Shown: positions 51,562 through 64,000 of the stretch, in pieces | Layout of the letters: the number at the start of each line of letters is the position of its first letter | Numbering within the stretch: the first letter of the stretch is position 1 | Source of the DNA: Basidiobolus meristosporus CBS 931.73 | Taxonomy: Eukaryota > Fungi > Basidiobolomycota | Direction of reading: 5' to 3' | Length of the DNA stretch: 64,000 bases | Assembly (NCBI GenBank): GCA_002104905.1 | Contig: MCFE01000409.1 | Coordinates: 1-64,000 of the forward strand | The notes under the pieces: generated by a model | Told to the model about the DNA's origin: nothing | The model's database searches: none | The model's input: only the letters and a program-made list of their open reading frames with translations | Translations under genes and position numbers: made by a program

Positions 51562-52310
51562 TCCCCTTTAACCTAAAGGGGTGTGTTGTAGAAGTCTCTA
51601 AAGGGGTTGTTAGACCTAAAGGGGTGTCTAAAGGGGTGTCTTTAGAGTAAAGGGGCTTTTTGTAGTGGTGCCATGATTGCATGACATCCCTGGTCTCCAA
51701 TTATCTAGCCAAATCAAGTCTGCAAAGAAATTCCAGTTCTGTCTAGAAAGTTTTACTACATTCTGGCAACTTCTTGAGAGCTCCAAGTCAATGTTACACA
51801 ATGAAACATTCTATGGAAGCTTCCCATTAGAGTTTATGTAGTCCCATGCTATATATGGTAACTACATGTCACATGACCTAGTCACATGATCAGCTGACCG
51901 ATGACATATCTCCATGAGATATTCCAGTGTGTTCTTTAGTATATTCTATCTTGGCACACTTACTGTGCCTCACCCCAGAATCCCATTAGTATTAGCCAAT
52001 ATCTCTCAGAATCCATATTGCCAAAGTGCACATATAGTCCTATCCCCCCTTATGTATTCCTCAGTCTGATAAACACAGGTCTTGAATAAACAGTCTTGCC
52101 TTGGAAATCCACCTTGCCTTGTTGATCCACTCCTAAGTCCTTTCCTGGTCCTGCCTTGTGTCTATTCATAATAAGTGGTTTCTAAGGTGGACTTTACACT
52201 AGGGGGTGCCCAAAGGGGCTTCTTTAGAGTAAAGGGGTTTCTTAAAGGGGTCTTTAGACTAAAGGGGTGTCTAAAGGGGTGTCTCAAGAGTAAAGGGGCT
52301 TCTTAGTGGG
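51562..52310 (+). repeat. TAAAGGGG higher-order repeat array (split by a solo LTR)
   Basis: Ten exact TAAAGGGG (51574, 51599, 51617, 51629, 51648, 52230, 52243, 52260, 52272, 52291) plus three degenerate copies, arranged as three ~65-bp units. Confidence 0.85.
51669..52173. repeat. Solo LTR (505 bp), third gypsy-like family
   Basis: Degenerate termini TGCCATGA..TCATAATA (from TGTCATGA..TCATGACA); 5-bp TSD AGTGG at 51664-51668 and 52174-52178; GTCACATGAC motifs; AATAAA at ~52086. Confidence 0.7.
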
Positions 52311-52955
52311 GACTTTTCCAACAGAAAAGTGGTAGTTTCTTACAGAACTTAGATTGGATTCTTGTGAGCTTTGCAGTCTCTTTACTGATGTGTACCAATC
52401 AAAGTCAGAATACTCAACAGTACAAGGGATGTAGGGGAAGTCTTATGATCTTTAAACTTGTAATCATAGTGTGGAGATTCTGGAAAGAGAGGCTCTCCTT
52501 TGATTTTTCAGCTGGGGAAGTCATATATGTGAAAATCCAGAAGGATCAAAGTTTTTGGGCAATTGCGCAGGCAATACATGTAATACAAGACTAAAATTAC
52601 GCAGTAGAGCAGATCAGACATAGGCGCAGCACCTGAGAAGAATTCATCTCATTTGATTGGCTGGTTCAAAAGTTACACGTGATCAAACTCACCATAGTAA
52701 TCCTAGCAATAAGGTATAGTATATATAATAATTGGACTCTTTTGGTCATAGCTCCTTAAGTACTGCTTCAAATGAGCTGTAATTTGAAACATGTGTTGGC
52801 TAATGCGTGATCTTTACAACATAATATTCTTGGGTGGATTGCTTGTCAGGGTCTGGAGCATTTATCATTCAAAGTTGGAAATTCTTGATCTTTCACTGGT
52901 GTGTCCTAATAACAAAAAGCAAAAGAAAGAAATGAGTGCAATATTGGTTTAGAGA

Positions 52956-54380
52956 TATTGTAGTAAGGGAAGACCTTCCATTACCACAGAGCATGTGTGC
53001 AAAGCTTGGGGCTGCTTGGACAAATTTGAGAATTTTTATCTTCTGGGTACCTGATTTTTTGGTTAAAATATTCTAAGTTATTCCCAATAAGGAATCTGGT
53101 CAGTATTCTCTAAGATTTGAATAAAGTGATCTCAGCAACTAAGTAAGGTGAATATTTAGGTGGAATTACAAACTTTTACAATACTCCCACTCAACTAAAT
53201 GCTCATGCTGACTAGTTCCAATTTTTTCCTAAGATATTCAATCTTGTCTCTAGCAAAGGGTTGGGTGAGTGTGTCTGCAAATATTTTGTCTATAGGACAG
53301 TAAGCTAAGCTAACTAAGTTATTCTCTATAGCTTCTTATGTGAAGTGATGTCTAATATCTAAGTGCATAGTTTTAGCATGAAAATCAGAATCTTTACCTA
53401 AACCCTGTTCTGAACTTTTTTAAGTGAATCTTATGCAGATATTGGCAGCTCCTTTTAGGTATCTAAAAATATGTTTAACTGCTGCAATATGATCAGATCA
53501 ATAGTTCTGATTGTGCCGGCTGACAACTCCCACTGAATATGAGATATTCAGACTTGCTCCATGCATGCTACACATCAGATTGCTGACTATAGATTGATAC
53601 AGAAACTCAGGGCTTTCAGATGATACCAAGCTCTCTTGATTTGGTTAAGTTTTGAACAAGTTAAGATTTGTCTCCATTGGGGTTGCTACTGGTTTACAGT
53701 CTTCCATTTGGTACTTCTTTAGTATATCGTACATATATTTGGATTGGCTTATGGTAATAGTCTGGATACTTCTGTCTATGGAGAACTTGGTCCTTAAGTA
53801 GTAACTGAGTTCTCCTAGATTAGACATCTTGAACTCTTTAGATAGGCTGGATTTGTCTCTTCCAATGTTTCTAGGTTTTTAGCTGCTATAATAAGATCAT
53901 CCACATATATAGCTAATAGAACTGGACTTGCTCTACCTGGCTTATAGTAAATGCTACAGTCAGCATTACTCCATTTGAATCTCAAAGCTTCTAAATAAGA
54001 ATCCATATTGCAATTCCAGGCTCTTGGTGATTGTTTGAGACCATATAGTGACTTTTTATGCTTGCCAACCAAATGGGGGTTATCTTGGTCAACAAACCCA
54101 TCAGGCTAGTCCATATACACATCCTCATCAAGCCCTTCATTCAAAATGCAGCTTTTACATCCATTTGATGAATAAAAAACTTATATTTGGCTTCAATAGC
54201 CAATATTAATCTGATGGAATTAAACTTGGCTACCGGTGCAAAGGTCTCACAATAGTCAAGTCCTTTTGTTTGAGAGTATCCTTTGGCTACAAGTCTTGCT
54301 TTGTATCTTTCAATTGTACCATCAGCCTTGTATTTTGTCTTGAAGACCCATCTGCATCTAATTGATTTTTGGTCTTCCAT
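52956..54380 (-). mobile_element. Copia-1 3' fragment (copy D: RT pieces, PPT, deleted 3' LTR)
   Basis: LTR remnant 52956-53183; PPT reverse complement CTCCCACTCAAC; RCRWVFKTKYKADGTIERYKARLVAKGYSQ and IYVDDLIIA on the minus strand. Confidence 0.85.
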
Positions 54381-54429
54381 TTGATGCCTCTTTAGTGTAT
54401 CTTAAATATACATGAACTGACTTGAGTGA

Positions 54430-57400
54430 TAGTCTGGGTACATCTGACTATGAAGAACCTTATCCCTAAGTTGTAACTGAGTTCTCCCAGATTGGGCATC
54501 TTGAACTCTTTAGATAGGCTGGATTTAGTCAATTACAATGATTCTAGGTTATTGGCGGCTATAATAAGATTATCATGTTGTAAAAGCTTGTATTTCTACC
54601 TAAATATTCACATAACTTAGTCACCTTATCATTGCCTTCATATCCTAGAGAATACTGACCAAATTCCTTGTCAAGATTTACTTGAGATATTTTCATCAAA
54701 ATATCAGGTACCCAGAACATGAAAATTCTCAAAGTTGTCCAAACAGCCTCAAACTTTACACACATGTTCATGGGACCTTCCTTAACCTATTCTATGTGTT
54801 TGCTACTCCAAGACCAGGTAAAAGTATAAATACTACTTTTACATTCAATAATTCATTCAATAGATCATTAGTGAAAACCACATAATCTACTTGTTCTCCC
54901 CATCACTTCCAATATCTCCAAGACTCTTAAAACAGGTTATGAGCCCCAAGCTGTCACTCTCTGCAATGTCTGCTACTGCTATGACTGGAATTTTTCCCTA
55001 TGCTGAAAAGTTGGATGGATCTAACTACCAAGTGTGTAAGGTGAAGATGAAGATACTGCTACAAGAAAGAGGCCTTTGGGATATTTTCATGGGAGAAGAA
55101 TGCCCTCCTAAAAATGTGGGAGAGGAAGCTTTGAAGTACCAGAAGAAAGAACAAAGTGCCTTTAGCTGCATTTGCCTTAATGTTAAAGACAAATTGCTAA
55201 TTCAATGCTAAAGAGCAAAAACAGCAAAGAATGCCTGGAAGGCATTAAAAGACACCTACAAGTCATGTTCAGCTGCTAAGTAAATGTATCTGAGACAAAA
55301 ATTCTTTACCACAAAGATGTTGCCAGGAGAAGAAATGAAAAATCTAATCAACAGAATTACCCTGCTGGTAGATGAGATGGAATTTGTGGGTGTATCAACT
55401 ACTGATGAGGATGTGACAGTTACCATCCTGAATAGCCTGACAGACAAGCTTCAGGGCCTTGTATCAGCCCTAGAGTTCAGAACTGAAGTTTTGACCTTAA
55501 ATTACATATATGGAAGGCTCCTGGATGAAGAATTAAGAAAATCAAGCGCAAATAAGAAGGAAGAAGAAAATGCTTTAATAAGCAATGATAACCAACAAAG
55601 GAGGTACCCTAAACCCTAAAAAGACAACAGCAACCTGTTTTGTAACTACTGTAAAAGGAAAGGACACACATCAGACTGGTGTCTCAAAAAAAATGATAAT
55701 CAGCAAAAGAAGCCTGAATATGGAAATGCTGCAACAGCTGAAGATAGGCTATTCATATCTGCACTAAACATGACCACAAACAAGGATTCTCAGACGTGGT
55801 ATATTGACTCTGGAGCATCTCAACACTTTACACACCAAAAGAACTTTTTACCCAATATCAAGAAATTCCAATTAAGAAGGTTTTCATAGGTGACAATAGC
55901 GCACTTGATGCAGTGGGAGAAGGAACTGTCCAAGTAAGCCTAAGAAGCATTCAAAGAAGCCGTACACTGACTTTCAGAGAAGTACTCTATGTACCAGGAA
56001 TAGCCAAGAACCTACTATCTGTAAGCAAGGCCACTGCAGTAGGACTCAGTTTCAGCTTTGACAATTCTGGATGCAAGATCACTAATCAAAATGATGCCCA
56101 TATTGCTTTGGGTATCAGAGATCAGAATCTACACAAGTTGACTTATATTCCATCATATTTGGAAGCCAATATAAGTAACTTAAATGATGAAACACCAACA
56201 CTTTGGTACAGGAGATTTGGGCACATTGATTTTGATTATTTGAGCATAATGATCAAAGATCAGCTAATTTCTGGAGTAAAATCTGATCACCCAGCTAATT
56301 TGGAGCACTGGAAGTCTCCATATATTGGAAACAAGCCAGACAACCATTCAAGAGCTCTGGCTTAATCAAAACTAAGAAAAAATTAGATCTAATTCACTTA
56401 AATCTATGTGGACCTATGCAAAAAATATCTTTTGGTAGGATGAAGTATTTAATCACTATTATTGATGATTCTACAAGATACATATGGGTCTACTTCATGG
56501 AGAGAAAGAAAGAAGCTCTGTCTAAGTTCAGGGAGTTTGAAGCCATGGTGGAGGGAGAAACTGGTGAAAAATCAAGAAAATATGCTCTGACAATGGTAGA
56601 GAATATACCTCAAAACTCTTCATCCACTTCTGCAAAATTCATGGGATAAAGCAAGAGACTACCATACCATACTCCCCACAGCAAAATGGAGTAGCAAAAT
56701 GTGCTAACAGAACAATAATTGATATGGCAAGATATATGATCCATGATCAATAATTGTCCTGTGATTTTTGGGCAGAATCAGTTGCCACCGCTATGTATCT
56801 TAGAAATAGGAGTTATAACAGAATACTTTGTGATTCTACTCTACTTGAAGCATGGTATGGATACACACCAAGTGCAGAACATCTAAGAATATTTGGGTGT
56901 ACAGCACACGCCAAGAAACTGCCCGGACATCAGTCAAAATTTGAGCCAAAAAGTGTAAAATGCATATTTTTGGGCTACTGCAATGAGAGTAAAGCATACA
57001 GACTCTGACAATACCAAAGCAAAGAAGCTAATCAAGTCCAGGGATGTGTTGTTTGATGAGAACTTGGAATTTTCACAAAAAAGATATTGGATGATGACAA
57101 AAATCTGATCTCAAATCCACCATTTGTCAGGATTGAATCAGAGCAAAACAATGAGAATTTTTTTACTACAGAGGACTCTACAACCATGGTTCAGCCAGAA
57201 TCAGTGCCTAGGAATATCCCAGAAGTGATCATCTCAGTATCATATGCCCAGAGATCCAATTGGCCAAGAAATAGCCCAAATTACTGTATCAATGAGGGTA
57301 CAAACTTAGCCTATGCCTATTCAGTCCATATTGATGAGCCCCAGATTGTAAAAGAGGCCCTAAATAGCCCTCAGAGAAAGTTTTGGAGATCTGCAATGTC

Positions 57401-60400
57401 TGAGTAATATCAGGCCCTGATGGAAAATCAAACTTGGGACTTAGTCAAATTACCAATCAACCAAAAATCAATTAGATGCAGGTGGGTCTTCAAGACAAAA
57501 TACAAGGCTGATGGTACAATTAAAAGATACAAAGCAAGACTTGTAGCCAAAGGATACTCTCAACAAAAGGACTTGACTATTGTGAGACCTTTGCACCGGT
57601 AGCCAAGTTTAATTCCATCAGATTAATATTGGCTATTGCAGCCAAATATAAGTTTTTTATTCATCAAATGGATGTAAAGCTGCATTTTTGAATGAAGAGC
57701 TTGATGAGGATGTGTATATGGACTAGCCTGATGGGCTTACTGGCCAAGATAATCCCCATTTGGTTGGCAAGCATAAAAAGTCACTATATGGTCTCAAACA
57801 ATCACCAAGAGCCTGAAATTGCAAGATAGAATCTTATTTGGAATCTTTGAGTTTCAAAAGGAGTAATGCTAACAGTGATGTATACTATAAGCCAGATAGA
57901 GCAAATCCAGCTCTATTAGCTCTATATGTGGATGATCTTATTATAGCTGCCAATAACCTAGAAACATTGGAAGAGACAAAATCCAGCCTATCTAAAGAGT
58001 TCAAGATGTCTGATCTAGGAGAACTCAGTTACTACTTAAGGACTAAGTTCTCCATAGACAGAAGTATCCAGACTATTACCATAAGCCAATCCAAATATAT
58101 GTAAGATATACTAAAGAAGTACTAAATGGAAGACTGTAAACCAGCAGCTACCCCAATGGAGGCAAACCTTAACTTGGTCAAAACTCAACCAAATCAAGAG
58201 AGCTTGGTGCCATCTGAAAGCCCTGACTTTCCTTATGAGTCTATGGTTGGCAGTCTGATGTATATCATGCTTGGAACATGTCCAGATATCTCATATTCAG
58301 TGGGAGTTGTCAGCCAACGTTATCAGAACTATGGATCTGATTATATTGCAGCAGTAAAGCGGATTTTTAGATACTTAAAAGGAACTGCTGATATCTACTT
58401 AAGATACACTTATAAGGATTCAGAACAGGATCTTGTGGGATACTCTGATGCTCATTGGGGACAAAATTTGGAAGACAGAAGATCTACCACAGTATACACC
58501 TTTCTTTACTGCAAAGGAGCAATTTCATGGAACTCAAGAAAGCAACCAACTGTAGCACTTTCTACCACAGCGGCAGAGTATATGGCAGCCTGTGAAGTTA
58601 CAAAATAAGCAATGTGGCTAAGAAAGCTTTTCAAAGATTTAGGCCTATGTCAAAAAATGCCTATTACTTTATTTCAAGATGATCAAGGATGTATACAATT
58701 AGGTAGAAATCCAACTTTTCATGCTAGAACCAAGTGCATAGATATTAGACATCATTCATACGTGAAGCTATAGATTATAACTTAGTTAGCTTAGTTTACT
58801 TTCCTACAGATGAAATGATTGCAGATATATTTACCAAACCATTAGCTAGTGGCAAGTTTGAATATCTTAGGTCAGAATTAGGACTAGTCAGTATGAACAT
58901 TTAGCTGAGTGGGAGTATTGTAAAAATTTGTATTTCCACCTAAATACTCACATAACTTAGTCACTTTATCATTACCTTCATATTCTAGAGAATACTGACC
59001 AAATTCCTTGTCAAGATTTACTTGAGATATTTTCACCAAAATACCAGGTACCCAGAACATGAAAATTCTCAAAGTTGTTCAAACAGTCCCAAGCTTTGCA
59101 CACATGCTCCTGGGACCTTCCTTAACCTATTTTATGTGTCTGTAATGTCAATACCATGTAAAAGTATAAATACTACTTATACATTCAATAAATCATTAAG
59201 TGAAAACCACATAATCTACTTGTTCTCCCAATCACTTCCAATATCTCCAAGACTCTTACAACACATCAGCATATAGAGCTAATAGAACTGGATTTGCTAT
59301 ATCTGACATATAGTATATGCTATAGTCAGCAATATTTCTTATGAATCTCAAAGATTCCAAATAAGAATCTATTTTGCAATTCCAGGCTCTTGTTGATTGT
59401 TTGAGTCCATATAGTGACTTTTTGGGCCTGCAGACCAAATGGGGGCTATCTTGGTCAACAAACCCATCAGACTGGTCCATATACACGTCCTCATTAAGTT
59501 CTTCATTCAAAAATGCAGCTTCTACATCCATTTGATGTATAAAAAACTTATATTTGGCTGCTACAGCAAGTGTGAATTGGATGGAATCAAACTTGGCTAC
59601 CAGTGCAAAGGCCACAACATAGTCAATTCCTTTCAATTGAGAGTATTCTTTTGCCACAAAGCTTGCTTTGTACCTCTCAGCTGTACCATCAGTCATGTAT
59701 TTTGTCTTAGAGACCCTTCTGCATCTAATTGATTTTTGGGTGACTGTTGACTTGACCAAGTCCCAAGTTTGATTTTCCATTAAGGCCTGATATTCTTCAT
59801 TCATTACAGTTCTCCAAACTTTGTCTGAGTAACTCAAGCTATTTCTTGTCCAGTGGGATCTTCAGGAATTTGATATGGAAATAATCACTTCTGGGATATT
59901 CCTGGGTACTGCTTCAGGGTGAACCATTGATGTAGAGTCCTCTCAAGTGAAAATATTCTTGTTGTTTTGCTCTGATTCAATCCTGACAATTTGTGGACTG
60001 GAAATCCAATTTTATCATCATCTGACATCATTTTTTGTGAATGTATTGAATTTTCAGCAAGCAGCACATCCTTGGACCTGGTCAGCTTCTTTGCTTTGGT
60101 ATTGTAGAGTTTGTATGCTTTACCCTCATTGCAGTAGCCCAAAAATATGTGTTTTACACTTTTTGGCTCAAATCTTGGCTGATTTCCAGGCAGTGTCTTG
60201 GCATATGCTGACACCCAAATATTCTTACATGTTCTGCATGTGGTTGGAGTAGAATAACAAAGCATTCTGTTGTAACTTCTATTTTTAAGGTAAACAGCTG
60301 TGGCAACTGATTCCACACAAAAACCATAGGATGATGTCTCATAATGGGTCAGAGATCTTGACATATCAATTGTTGCTCTCATTGCTCATTCTGCTACTCC

Positions 60401-62501
60401 ATTTTGCTGTGGGGAGTATGGTAAAGTAGTATCTTGCTTTATCCCATGAGCTTTGCAGAGGTGGATGAAGAGTTTTCAGGTATATTCTTTGCCATTTTCA
60501 GAGCATACCATCTTGATTTTTTCACCAGTTTTTCTCTCCACCATGGCTTTGAGCTCCCTGAGCAAAGATAGAGCTTCATCCTTTCTCTCCCTGAAGTAGA
60601 CCCATGTGTATCTTGTATAATCATCACTAAAACAAACCAAATATACTATCCCACCTAAGGATAAATATGCATAGGTCCACACAGATCTGAGTGAAATTGA
60701 TCTAGTTTCTTCTTAGTTTTCATTAATCTGGAGCTCTTGAGCAGTTGTCTGGCTTATTTCCCATGTATGCAGGCTTCACAGTGCTCCAATTAAGCTGGGG
60801 GATTGATTACTACTCTGGATATTAGCTGATCTTTAATCATCTTGTGCCAATGATCAAAATTGATATGTCCAAATCTCCTGTGCCAGAATATTGGTGTTTC
60901 TTCATTCAAGCCATCATATTGGCTTCCAGATACTATATAATATAAGTCAGCTTGTACAGATTCTGATCTCTAGTGCCCAAAGCAACATGAACACCATTTT
61001 GATCAGTGATCCTCCATTCAGAACTATCAAAGCTGAAACTGAGTCCTTCTGCTGTGGCCTTGCTTACAGACAGTGGGTTCATGGTTATTTCAGGTACATA
61101 GAGTAGCACTTTAAAGGTCAGTGTATGGCTTCCTTTACTGCTTCTAAGGTTTACTTGGTTAGTTCCTTCTCCCACTGCATCAAGAGTTCTAATGTCATCC
61201 ACAAAAACCTTCTTGATTGAAATTTCTTGATATTGGGTAAGAAGTTCTTTTTGGTGTGTAAAGTGTGAGATGCTCAAGAGTCAGTATACCATGTCTGAGA
61301 ATCCTGTTTTGTAGTCATAAATAGCTCAGATATGAATAGTCTACCGTCAGTTGTTGCTAAATTTCCATATTCAGGCATTTTCTGCTGACTATCTCACTTT
61401 TTCAAGCACCAGTCTGATGCAGGTCCTTTCCTTTTGCAGTTGTTGCAAAACAGGTTGGTATTATCTTTAAAAGGTCATGTGTATCTGCTTTGATGGTTGT
61501 CATTGCTTATTAAAGCATTTTCTTCTTCCTTCTTATTGGAGCTTGATTGTCTTAATTCTTCATCCAGGAGCCTTCCATATACATAATTTAAGGTCAAATC
61601 TTCAGTTCTGGCCTCTAGGGCTGATACAAGGCACTGAAACCTGTCTGTCAGGCTATTCAGGATGGCAACTATTACATCCTTATCAGTAGTTGGTATGACC
61701 ACATATTTCATCTCATCCACCAGAAGGGTGATTATGTTATTTAGATGAATAATTTCTTCTCCTGATAGCATCTTTGTAGTAAAGAATTCTTGTCTGAGAT
61801 ACATTTTCTTGGCAGCTAAACATGACTGGTAGGTGTCTTCTAATGCCTTCCAGGGACTCTTTGCTGTTTTTGCTCTTGAGCATTGAATTAGCAATTTGTT
61901 CTTGACATTAAGGCAAATGCATTTAAAGGCACTTTGTTCTTTCATTTTGTACTTTAAGGATTTCTCTCCCATGTTTTTAAGAGGGCATTCTACTCCCATG
62001 ACAATATCCCAGAGTCCTCTTTCTTGAAGTAACAACTTCATCATCACCGTTCATACTTGGTGGCTATATCCATCCAAGCTTTCAGTAGACAGAAAAATTC
62101 CAGTGATAGCAGTGGTAAACACTGCAAAGAGTGACAGCTTGGGGCTTATAACATGCTGTTGGAATCTTGGAGATATTGGAAGTAATTGGGAGATCAAGTA
62201 GAGTATGTGGTCTTCACTGAATGATCTATTGAATGTAAAAGTAGTATTAAAACTTTTACACAGTATTGGCATAAAAAACACATAGAATAGGTTGATGAAG
62301 GTCTCAAGAGCATGTGTGCAAAGTTTGGGCTGTTTGGATAACTTTGAGAATTTTCATGTTCTGGGTACCTGATATATTGGTGAAAATATTCCAAGTAAAT
62401 CCAGACAAGGAATTTGGTCAGTATTCTCTAGGATTGGAAGGTAATGGTCTCAGTGACTAAGCTAGGAGAAAATTTAGGTGGAATTTTAAACTTCTACAAC
62501 A
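54430..62501 (-). mobile_element. Copia-1 copy C (5' LTR through RT, 3'-truncated), interrupted by copy B
   Basis: 5' LTR 62154-62501, degenerate PBS, gag (LLQERGLWDIV), IN and RT on the minus strand at 59264-62150; RT continues at 54430-54575. Confidence 0.8.
54576..59263 (+). mobile_element. Copia-1 copy B, full-length decayed element inserted antisense into the RT of copy C
   Basis: LTRs 54576-54934 and 58916-59263; PBS 54935-54946; TSD TATCA/CATCA; the flanks rejoin as RT sequence (ATAAGAT-CATCA-GCATATAG). Confidence 0.92.
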
Positions 62502-62891
62502 TGCCAAGGTCAATTATTACACACTGCTGCCATTTTGACAGCCTCATTGCAGGATCCTGATGGCTGGCCCATGTTAGATCCAATCATGTGACTTATTGCT
62601 TTCACAAGGTGAGTGTGAGACATCTTTTGGCCTGCCTGAGTATTTGAAATATGGTAAATACAGTGATAGCTCAGAAGTAGAAGGCTCACCAGCAAATTGT
62701 GAGCCTATCTTCCCTCACAACATTATCCTGCAAGAAACCTGCAAAACTTCCATATGCAACAAGATATCACCTGTGGAAAAAATGCCAAGCATACTCTATG
62801 GAGCCAAGTGAGCCCAGTAATCCACTCAATAGTAAAGGATGTGATGTTGTGGCCCATAAAGTGATGTATTTTCACTAATATCAGTAATAGG

Positions 62892-64000
62892 CCCTATGAA
62901 AAATAATTTGGTCCCACAGATGGATCCGGTCTGGATCATCCGTCAAGATCCCATTTAGAGACCATCATAATAACAGCAGCTTGGAATTAGTGACCCTCCT
63001 GACAATCTTATAACAAGATCATGACGGTGTTTTGCAAATTTTACAGCCAAATAAAGGGATAAAGCTTGGCAATTTTTGATTGGTGCTGTGAGAATATTTG
63101 CATGGCATTGTTGCGGTCTTTCAGCGCTCTATTAATATTTTGGGTGGATCCAGTTGGCCAGGACTTCCAATTGCCTTCTATGACAAGAAACTTGACGGTA
63201 TTTCAACAGCCTCACAGCAAGACTCTGATGGCTTTTTCTTGGCAGCATGATGGCCTGCCGCTGGTTCTGTATAATGCTACCGTATTAAATTACCAAATGG
63301 TATTTCCTTTTTCTACCTCCCCTTGTGCAGTTCATATATTCCACTGTAGAATCACCTTTCTTTATTTGCTTACCCACTACTACCTTGGGTATTCCACATA
63401 TAGTTCAAATCAAAAAAAACTATAGCCTCCTGCTTACTAACCTCTACAAACATGCACACCTGCTGCAATTGACATACTTCTATCACCTCAACTTTATGAC
63501 TTTTTAGTGTGATACTTGCAAAGTTGCCAAATACCTTGTACTGCTGGTGGCATATACATCTTGCAAACATATGCTTGGTTGTTCCCACTTCTGCCATGAA
63601 TACCTCCTGAATATCCGCAAAGAACTTCTTGGTATTTAGCCAATATATTCCTTCTCTGTGCTGGATTCTAGTCCCCCTTATAGGTGCGCTCTGGCTTTTG
63701 TTTGTGTGAACTCTGTATTGAATGGTGTAGAAGTTGGCTTGTGACCACAAGAAATCTGGCATATCTTGGTGGAGTTTTCTTGATAAAAATTAGTTGCTTG
63801 TTTCCCCCAACCCAACTTTGTATTACTTCACTGTTTACCCACGCATTGGGGCTGCTTAGCTTCTTAATGCCATAGGCATAGGTGTCTCCATGTGCACATT
63901 TTTCCTCAGTATTTTCCAACTCTTTCTGGCTGTTGTCCATGTGCCAACTCATCACATCCATGACAGACTTGAAGGTAATGTTCTTGATGAGATTGGGATA
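62892..64000 (-). mobile_element. CCCTA-family A-end plus transposase C-terminus (runs off the window)
   Basis: CCCTATGAAAAATAATTTGGTCCC at 62892; minus-strand FFADIQEVFMAEVGTTKHMF; 62502-62891 is further same-family sequence. Confidence 0.85.

Noticed and set aside
51562-52310. CRISPR-like array or canonical telomere repeat
   Set aside because: Eukaryotic context, 8-bp motif with short recurring linkers and no unique spacers; the motif is not TTAGGG and it is not at a sequence end.
52956-62501. Copia-1 pieces C and D as one full-length minus-strand element
   Set aside because: The outer flanks do not form a TSD and RT segments are present twice, so at least two copies are involved.
6600-64000. 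The many 60-130 aa ORFs in the six-frame track as host genes
   Set aside because: They are alternative-frame or antisense readings of decayed TE copies, recur wherever the repeat recurs, and show no splice structure or recognisable host domains.
1391-64000. Calling the block a centromere or naming the species
   Set aside because: TE density alone is not diagnostic, and no taxon-specific marker can be verified without a database search.

Overview
Eukaryotic, fungal-type DNA, judged from 65-70 bp GT-AG introns with CTAAC-type branch points. The species cannot be assigned from the sequence; the structure fits a TE-inflated genome. Only about the first 1.1 kb is host gene: the 3' part of an intron-containing Yip1-domain membrane protein gene, with one apparent +1 frameshift. 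The remaining ~62.6 kb is a gene-free, AT-rich, visibly CpG-depleted nest of decayed transposons. It contains: (1) two Ty1/copia families, three copies bounded by LTRs and 5-bp TSDs, all with a tRNA-iMet anticodon-arm PBS; (2) a Ty3/gypsy element with an extra ORF between integrase and the 3' LTR; (3) solo LTRs of at least four families; (4) two 734-bp foldback MITEs plus a 211-bp relative (AG..CT ends, 3-bp TSD); (5) many nested copies of a CACTA/EnSpm-like DNA transposon ending in CCCTATGAAAAA, carrying a Tnp2-type transposase and a divergently oriented unknown ORF with 69-aa tandem repeats; and (6) a TAAAGGGG higher-order repeat. I see no intact autonomous element, RNA gene or CRISPR array. 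The best candidates for novelty are the CCCTA two-gene transposon and its partner ORF, the gypsy extra ORF, the foldback MITE family and a mosaic of near-identical patches copied from two other TE copies. All alignments and counts were done by eye, and internal boundaries of decayed fragments are approximate.
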